From: Candidatus Pacearchaeota archaeon
Lineage (GTDB): Archaea > Nanobdellota > Nanobdellia > Pacearchaeales > JAHJTO01
DNA: 64,000 nt
Assembly: GCA_038849525.1 (NCBI GenBank)
Contig: JAWCMS010000001.1
Span: forward strand, 142,584 to 206,583
Direction: 5' to 3'
Position 1 is the first letter of the stretch. Each line of letters opens with the position of its first letter. Of this stretch, positions 58,521 through 64,000 are shown piece by piece. The notes under the pieces were generated by a model that was not told where the DNA came from, did not search any database, and was given only the letters and a program-made list of their open reading frames with translations. A program made the translations under genes and the position numbers.

Positions 58521-58668
58521 ATCTAAAAATATCTAATATATTCTGAAGGGCTGCAGCTAATCTCCCTGTTGCTAACGAATTTATAAACAAAATAAGTATC
58601 ACAAGCACAGCCAGTCCTATTATCCATTTTCCAATTTCAGCAAATTCGAATCCTTTTTTATTTTTCAT
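58510..58668 (-). CDS. small pilin-like protein (52 aa) with class III signal peptide. Not in the ORF track.
   Basis: Manual translation: MKNKKG|FEFAEIGKWIIGLAVLVILILFINSLATGRLAAALQNILDIFRFGR. Confidence 0.4.
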   Translation of the reverse strand: MKNKKGFEFAEIGKWIIGLAVLVILILFINSLATGRLAAALQNILDIFRFGR

Positions 58669-58830
58669 GTTAGTAACGAAGGAATTATCTTTTTTAAAAT
58701 TACATAATAGGCAAGCATAATAATTATTATATAAAGCAGTATTTTTAGTAACAGTTCTAAACTTAATGAACCTTTTTTCATAATTCTTAATGATAAATAT
58801 TGTTAATAAACTTTATTAATTAGATATTGT

Positions 58831-59169
58831 TTGAAAAATAAGAAAATGAACAGAGGTGGGACTGAAGATTTGTTGTGGAATCTAGGACTTATTCTTATCT
58901 TTCTTTTTGTTGCAGGAATATTATTTGTATGGGAATCAAATCAAGTAACAGGAAAGGCTGTTAAATCAGAAATTATTGCAAAACAGACAGCATTGCTTAT
59001 TGATAGTGGTAAACCAGGAACAATAATATTTGTTGATGCAAATATTACTATAGAAGGAAATAAAATAATTGCATATTATGAAAATAGCAAATTTGAATAT
59101 TCATTTTTTAATAAGAATAAAATTTCATATAAGCAAACAGGAAGAGGAACTGAAATTAAGATAGAATGA
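58831..59169 (+). CDS. pilin-like / secreted small protein
   Basis: N-terminus MKNKKMNRGG|TEDLLWNLGLILIFLFVAGILFV. Atypical class III motif. Confidence 0.4.
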   Translation: MKNKKMNRGGTEDLLWNLGLILIFLFVAGILFVWESNQVTGKAVKSEIIAKQTALLIDSGKPGTIIFVDANITIEGNKIIAYYENSKFEYSFFNKNKISYKQTGRGTEIKIE

Positions 59170-59630
59170 ATCGCAAAGGACAGGTTTTGAGTGAAGGAAT
59201 AATACTAGTATGGAAAATTTTTCTTATCATATTTGTAATATTATTTGTTGTAATTACAATAACACCTGTTTTTACAACGAAATTAGATATAAGGCAGCCA
59301 GAAGGTCTGCTTATTGCAAAGAGTATTCTTGAATGTGTTTCCAATAATGGAATTGTAGAACAAGGTATTGATTTTAAAAATTGCATAATTTTAGATGAAA
59401 ATGAATACTATATTAATACTTCTTTAACCTCATTTGATTCAAATTTGAAAAAAGAAAGTATTTTCGGAATAGATTTAGAGGTCCTATGCTCTTTTCCTGG
59501 AAAATATTTATCATCACCTTCATGTATAAGACAAAAATATTATGTTTTAATTAACAACAATGGGAAAATAGAAAAAGGAACTCTTAATTTACTTATTGGA
59601 ATAAAAAAATTTGCTGAAAATGTCAAATAA
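59166..59630 (+). CDS. pilin-like protein (class III signal peptide)
   Basis: MNRKG|QVLSEGIILVWKIFLIIFVILFVV. 4-bp overlaps suggest an operon. Confidence 0.55.
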   Translation: MNRKGQVLSEGIILVWKIFLIIFVILFVVITITPVFTTKLDIRQPEGLLIAKSILECVSNNGIVEQGIDFKNCIILDENEYYINTSLTSFDSNLKKESIFGIDLEVLCSFPGKYLSSPSCIRQKYYVLINNNGKIEKGTLNLLIGIKKFAENVK

Positions 59631-60078
59631 AAAGGGTCAATTATTAGGAGAAACAGCAGCATTAATTGTAGCAACTATCATAATATTCATTTTGCTAGTT
59701 GTTTTCTTTTTTCTTATAAAAAGTATTTCAATAGCAAAAGGAACTGATTCAGAAACTATTCTATTACAAGAACAAAATATAGTTTCATTAATGGCTTATT
59801 TAAACACTCCTGTTAATATTCAAGAACAAGAGATGAAAATGATTGATTTAATTAGACTTACATCTATTGATAAGAATTATAAACTTTTATTGGAAGAAAA
59901 AACAAAAGAAATTTTTAATAAGGTTTATGGAAATGATTATCAATTTTGGATTATTCAAGATAGTAAGACTATAATTCAAATAAGTCCATTAGAAACTACG
60001 AAATATGGGTGGGTTCAGACTAAAATGGAATTGCCTGGAAAAATAATTGTCTATCTCCAACTAAAAAAACTAAAATGA
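59611..60078 (+). CDS. pilin-like protein (class III signal peptide)
   Basis: MSNKKG|QLLGETAALIVATIIIFILLVVFFF. Confidence 0.55.
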   Translation: MLKMSNKKGQLLGETAALIVATIIIFILLVVFFFLIKSISIAKGTDSETILLQEQNIVSLMAYLNTPVNIQEQEMKMIDLIRLTSIDKNYKLLLEEKTKEIFNKVYGNDYQFWIIQDSKTIIQISPLETTKYGWVQTKMELPGKIIVYLQLKKLK

Positions 60079-60785
60079 ACAGCAAATCACAGATTCCAGA
60101 AGCTGTATTAATTTTGATAGCTCTTGTTGTTTGTGGGACTACTTTATATTATATAGTAACATATGGAACAATAAAAGCAGAAACAATAAATATAAATAAA
60201 TCTATTGATATATTTAATGAAGCAGAAAAATTTGATTATTATATTCGCGATTTCTCTGACATGGCTTTACAAGAAAGCTATGCTGAAGTTACTAAAAAAC
60301 CCTTGGTTTGTCAGGAGCAAATAGGAACAGTAGCTATCTGGAGTGAGAAATGCAAACCTAATAATCAAGAAATTAAAAATAAAATAAAGTTAAAATTTGA
60401 TGAAAAATTATCAAAAATTGGAAAACTTTTTAGTTCTGAGATAAAAGAAAAAATAAATGTAAAATTTGAACCAATTATTTTTAATAATTCTAATAAAAAT
60501 AAGTTTGTTTCTTATAATATAAGTTATACATTATTTCCATCATTTTCTCTTGATTATCCAAAAATTGATTTCGAAGAGATATATTCTGCAATTATAACAA
60601 AAAAAGTAGAATGTGAAAATAAAGACAATCAGCAGGAATGCATGCAGCAATTAAATTTTGAAAATTGGAATTTTAGGCTGGAGTCAAGCACAAATTATTA
60701 TCTCTTTACTCTTTATTCAAAAAAATCATATTTTTATGATAATTCATTCAAACCTGTTGAATTTTCATTTGCCATAAAAAAATAA
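60075..60785 (+). CDS. pilin-like protein (probable class III signal peptide)
   Basis: MNSKS|QIPEAVLILIALVVCGTTLYYIV. Confidence 0.45.
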   Translation: MNSKSQIPEAVLILIALVVCGTTLYYIVTYGTIKAETININKSIDIFNEAEKFDYYIRDFSDMALQESYAEVTKKPLVCQEQIGTVAIWSEKCKPNNQEIKNKIKLKFDEKLSKIGKLFSSEIKEKINVKFEPIIFNNSNKNKFVSYNISYTLFPSFSLDYPKIDFEEIYSAIITKKVECENKDNQQECMQQLNFENWNFRLESSTNYYLFTLYSKKSYFYDNSFKPVEFSFAIKK

Positions 60786-60839
60786 TCGTTATAATTCAAA
60801 CTAAGAAAATTTATAAATAGGTTTTCTTTTAAAAGAAAA

Positions 60840-61796
60840 ATGATTAAGGCAAATTATTCTCAGCTTGTTGAAAGGATTTCTAAGGCTACAGGTTTAGATA
60901 TCGCAGATATAGAAAGAAGAATAGATGCAAAAAAAGCAAAACTTTCTGATTTAATTTCAAGAGAAGGAGCAGCGCAGATAGTTGCTGCAGAACTTGGAGT
61001 TAATTTTGACAATATAAAAGTTAAGATTAATGAATTGCTTGTAGGAATGAGAAAAGTAACTGTCGTCGGAAAAATAATAAAAATCTTTCCTATAAAAACA
61101 TTCAAAACAAAATTTGCAGAAAGTAAGGTATGCTCTTTCTTACTTGCAGATGAAACTGCTAATGTAAGATGTGTTTTATGGGATACCAATCATATAAAGA
61201 TGATTGAAGAAGGAAAAATTAAGGAAAATGATATAGTAGAAATTAAAGATGCTACTGTAAGAGAAGGGACAACCAAAGAGCTACATTTAAGTTCATTATC
61301 AGAATTTAATTTATCTACAGAAATAATTGAAAATCCTGTAATAGAAGAAACTATAGCAATAAAAGATATTTCTGAACTAAAAGAAAATGATAAAGTAGTG
61401 GTAAGGGCTACTGTAGTACAAGCATTTGAACCAAAATTTTTTAACATATGTCCAGAATGTGGTAGAAAAGTAACCTATGAGTCAGATAAATTTTTATGTC
61501 CACAACACGGTTTTGTCATCCCAAAAGAAAGGGCCCTATTTAATTTTGTGCTTGATGATGGGAAAGAAAATATCCGTGCAATAGCTTTTTCTGAAGCAAT
61601 AAAAAAATTTTTTAATATCACTGATGAAGAACTTAAAAATCTTGCTGAAAAAAGACAGAGCTTGCTTGGGAAGGAAGTAATGTGTAATGGAATTGTAAGA
61701 ATGAACAAAGCATTTGGCAATTTGGAGTTAGTTGTTTCTGATTTTGAAGAAGCAGATCCTGAAAAATTGATTCAAGAGCTTACCATAAATAGATAA
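60840..61796 (+). CDS. rpa: Replication protein A (RPA, ssDNA-binding) with OB folds and Zn ribbon
   Basis: N-terminal RPA-like helical region. OB-fold blocks (VTVVGKIIKIFPIKTFK.., VVVRATVVQAFEPKFF). C4 ribbon CPECGRKV...CPQHG. Confidence 0.7.
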   Translation: MIKANYSQLVERISKATGLDIADIERRIDAKKAKLSDLISREGAAQIVAAELGVNFDNIKVKINELLVGMRKVTVVGKIIKIFPIKTFKTKFAESKVCSFLLADETANVRCVLWDTNHIKMIEEGKIKENDIVEIKDATVREGTTKELHLSSLSEFNLSTEIIENPVIEETIAIKDISELKENDKVVVRATVVQAFEPKFFNICPECGRKVTYESDKFLCPQHGFVIPKERALFNFVLDDGKENIRAIAFSEAIKKFFNITDEELKNLAEKRQSLLGKEVMCNGIVRMNKAFGNLELVVSDFEEADPEKLIQELTINR

Positions 61797-61857
61797 ACCT
61801 TTTAATTATTTAAAATATATTATTTATTAGTATAAACCTTATAAACTGCTTTTTATT

Positions 61858-62853
61858 TTGTACTTTATGGCTAAGGTGAAAGAAGAAAAAGAAAAATCTG
61901 AGATTGAAGAATTACCAGGTGTAGGGCCTGCTATTGCTCAAAAATTAAAGGATGCTGGAATAAATGATATCATTTCTGTTGCTGTTATGTCTCCTTCTGA
62001 ATTAGCTGAAAGTGCAGGAATGACAGAAGCAACTGCAAGAAAAACGATTCAAGCAGCAAGAAAAATGGCTAATCTTGATTTTAAAGATGCAACTCAATAT
62101 ATGAAAAACAGAGAAGATATGTTCACTATATCGACAGGAAGTAAGAATCTTGATACTCTACTCGGTGGGAGAGGTTTAGAAACAGGTGCATTAACAGAAG
62201 CTTATGGAGCATATGGTTCTGGAAAATCCCAAATTGCACATTCACTAGCGGTTCATGTCCAATTACCTAAAGAGCTTGGTGGAGCAGATGGGATGGCTGT
62301 TTTTATTGATACAGAAGGAACATTTAGACCAGAAAGAATAAAACAAATTGCAGCTGCATTAGGAATAGAACCTCAAGAAGCATTAAAAAAGATTTATGCT
62401 GCTAGAGCATTTAATTCAGATCACCAAATGCTATTAGTTGAAAAAATCCCAGAACTTATTAATGAGAAAAAATTGCCTATTAAACTTGTTATTATTGATT
62501 CCTTAACATCGCATTTTCGTGCAGAGTTTTCAGGAAGAGGACAACTTGCAGACAGACAACAAAAACTTAATAGACATATACATAATTTAATTAGGCTTGC
62601 TGAACAATATAATCTTGCTGTTTATGTTACTAACCAAGTTATGGCAAATCCTGCTGTGATGTTTGGTGATCCAACAACAGCAATTGGAGGGCATATTGTT
62701 GGACATGCTTCTACTTATAGAATATATTTAAGAAGAGGTAGAGAAGGAAGTAGGGTAGCTAAAATGATCGATGCTCCTAATTTGCCTGAAAACGAAACTG
62801 TTTTTTGGATTACCACTAGGGGATTAAGTGATATTGAGCCTAAAGAAGAATAA
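61858..62853 (+). CDS. radA: DNA repair and recombination protein RadA
   Basis: N-terminal Hh[18 protein letters not shown]. Walker [10 protein letters not shown], Walker B VIIDSL. RecA/Rad51 core. Confidence 0.9.
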   Translation: MYFMAKVKEEKEKSEIEELPGVGPAIAQKLKDAGINDIISVAVMSPSELAESAGMTEATARKTIQAARKMANLDFKDATQYMKNREDMFTISTGSKNLDTLLGGRGLETGALTEAYGAYGSGKSQIAHSLAVHVQLPKELGGADGMAVFIDTEGTFRPERIKQIAAALGIEPQEALKKIYAARAFNSDHQMLLVEKIPELINEKKLPIKLVIIDSLTSHFRAEFSGRGQLADRQQKLNRHIHNLIRLAEQYNLAVYVTNQVMANPAVMFGDPTTAIGGHIVGHASTYRIYLRRGREGSRVAKMIDAPNLPENETVFWITTRGLSDIEPKEE

Positions 62854-62932
62854 AATTTTTGTTAATTTAATCTTCTTATATATATTAGGAAAAATTTATT
62901 TATTAAGGATATCTGTTTTATTTAAACAATTT

Positions 62933-63042
62933 GCCCCTGTCGGCTAACGGATAGGCCACGACCTTGCGGTATAAAACTAATGTTTTTATTTCCTTAAAAA
63001 TGCAGAAAGGTTGAAATCGGGGTTCGAATCCTCGTAGGGGCA
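62933..63042 (+). tRNA. tRNA with intron of about 38 nt in anticodon loop. Anticodon GCG (Arg) under the canonical 37/38 intron position.
   Basis: Acceptor GCCCCTG/TAGGGGC (one G-U) with discriminator A. Anticodon stem CGACC...GGTTG, loop TTGCGG[intron]A. T-arm CGGGG-TTCGAAT-CCTCG. Confidence 0.7.
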
Positions 63043-63124
63043 TATTAAATAGTCATTAATTAGTAGTTAAAGCGAAAGTTTTAAATAAGGTTTTTTTCTT
63101 TAAGTATTCTCTTAAAAAATTAAA

Positions 63125-63832
63125 ATGGAAATTATTATAAATAAATTTAAAGAATTATTCAAGATAGATTCTATTGAAACAACTGAGATAGACATTGATA
63201 ACACACCTCTTACCAATAATGTTAAAAAAGAACTTCTTGATAATTGCAAACAAAGCATGGGAAAAATAAAGGCCTACTTTAAGATTCTTAAAAATATGGA
63301 CGATTCCTATACATTTGAGGGAGCTTTAGTATATCGCGACAATGGCAAAAATAAAATACTCTATCTAAATCAAAATTTTCGTCGCCCCCCTGTTCAAGGA
63401 ACTATAATAAGCCATATGATGCCGAATGAAGAATTATCTTGGCATGAATATGCAGACAGTTACAAAGAAATGGCTTTAAAACTAGAAAAGTATCTTTTTC
63501 CAAATGAGTCAAAAAATAATGAAAATGGATATGATCGTATTTTTATAGAAATCAAAAACAGATTTGGGTTGCATGCAAGAGCCGCAGGTTTATTTGTTAA
63601 AGAAGCAACAAAATACAATTCAGAGATTTATGTAAGAAATGGAAGAGAAACTGCATTTGCAAGCAAAGAAATAGATGGAAAAAATTATGTTGATGGTAAA
63701 TCAATAATGAGCCTTTTGACATTAGCAGCTGAAAAAGGAAGCATTCTTGAAATAATTGTAAAAGGTGATGACTCAAAAAAAGCAATAGAAGGCCTTACCA
63801 ACTTAATAAATAATAAATTCTATGAAGACTAA
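63125..63832 (+). CDS. Two-domain protein: N-terminal domain of unknown function plus C-terminal HPr-like phosphocarrier domain
   Basis: C-terminal 90 aa: IKNRFGLHARAAGLFVKEATKYNSEIYVRNGRETA...NGKSIMSLLTLAAEKGSILEIIVKGDDSKKAIEGL. Matches the HPr fold signature (H-A-R-P/A-A, KS-I/L-M, G...G.D...A). Confidence 0.55.
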   Translation: MEIIINKFKELFKIDSIETTEIDIDNTPLTNNVKKELLDNCKQSMGKIKAYFKILKNMDDSYTFEGALVYRDNGKNKILYLNQNFRRPPVQGTIISHMMPNEELSWHEYADSYKEMALKLEKYLFPNESKNNENGYDRIFIEIKNRFGLHARAAGLFVKEATKYNSEIYVRNGRETAFASKEIDGKNYVDGKSIMSLLTLAAEKGSILEIIVKGDDSKKAIEGLTNLINNKFYED

Positions 63833-63865
63833 AGTTTTATATAGTCCTTTATTTTATTGAAAAAA

Positions 63866-64000
63866 TGAAATGTGTGAGTTGCGGCAAAAATTTTGTAAAA
63901 GGGGTTTGTTTTATATGCCCCGAGTGTGGCAAACGAAAAATTGCTAGATGTTTTGAATGCAAGAAACTAAATGTTACTTATAAATGCGAATGTGGTTTTC
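63866..64000 (+). CDS. partial ORF (5' portion), Zn-ribbon (C-x2-C...C-x2-C repeats). Runs off the window.
   Basis: MKCVSCGKNF...CPECGKRK...CFECKK... Confidence 0.3.

Noticed and set aside
60860-61720. Three minus-strand ORFs (109, 85 and 81 aa) inside rpa
   Set aside because: Antisense frames of the RPA gene. Ser-rich low complexity.

Overview
This is an AT-rich archaeal chromosomal segment, read from the sequence and ORF track alone with no database searches. It codes densely for small proteins and carries several intron-containing tRNAs, which points to a small-genome, possibly DPANN-like, archaeon. Housekeeping content comes first. Positions 1-6100 hold a 5S rRNA, an Rpr2-like RNase P subunit, and the conserved archaeal operon RpoN-uS9-uL13-eL18-(tRNA with intron)-RpoD-uS11-uS4-uS13, followed by DUF655-RpoF-eL21. 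A XerA-type tyrosine recombinase follows at 6842-7648. Positions 8.5-12.6 kb hold an unusual DNA-processing cluster: a DprA/Smf-like protein, a HAD-phosphatase fused to a ComF-like PRTase, a small wHTH protein, and a 487-aa PD-(D/E)xK plus DEDD-like dual nuclease. Positions 12.9-17.9 kb are an island of small Cys-rich hypotheticals with a gene remnant. It also contains two convergent coiled-coil/HTH paralogs carrying coding-region simple repeats, separated by an intergenic spacer with a reiterated AAAAAGTGAGGATTA motif. Next come an Lhr-core helicase with an MPE phosphoesterase, tRNA-Ser, and a Nudix hydrolase. At 22755-23232 there is a very AT-rich predicted oriC with two ORB-like boxes, directly followed by orc1/cdc6 and the PolD small and large subunits. 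Downstream are membrane and surface proteins, TyrRS, an Obg/DRG-like GTPase, an M16 peptidase, and a 2H phosphoesterase. Repair genes follow: a short XPF nuclease and a separate Hef-type helicase with dCMP deaminase between them, and later RPA and RadA. Positions 46.5-60.8 kb are a type IV pilus-like locus. It has a long secretion ATPase, a FlaJ/TadC-like platform protein, at least six pilin-like genes with class III signal peptides, and a secreted Amidase_2-type peptidoglycan amidase. The window ends with an intron-containing tRNA and a protein whose C-terminus is an HPr-like phosphocarrier domain. The most intriguing possibility is that the DprA/ComF-like/nuclease cluster and the pilus locus together resemble parts of a natural-transformation (DNA uptake) apparatus in an archaeon.
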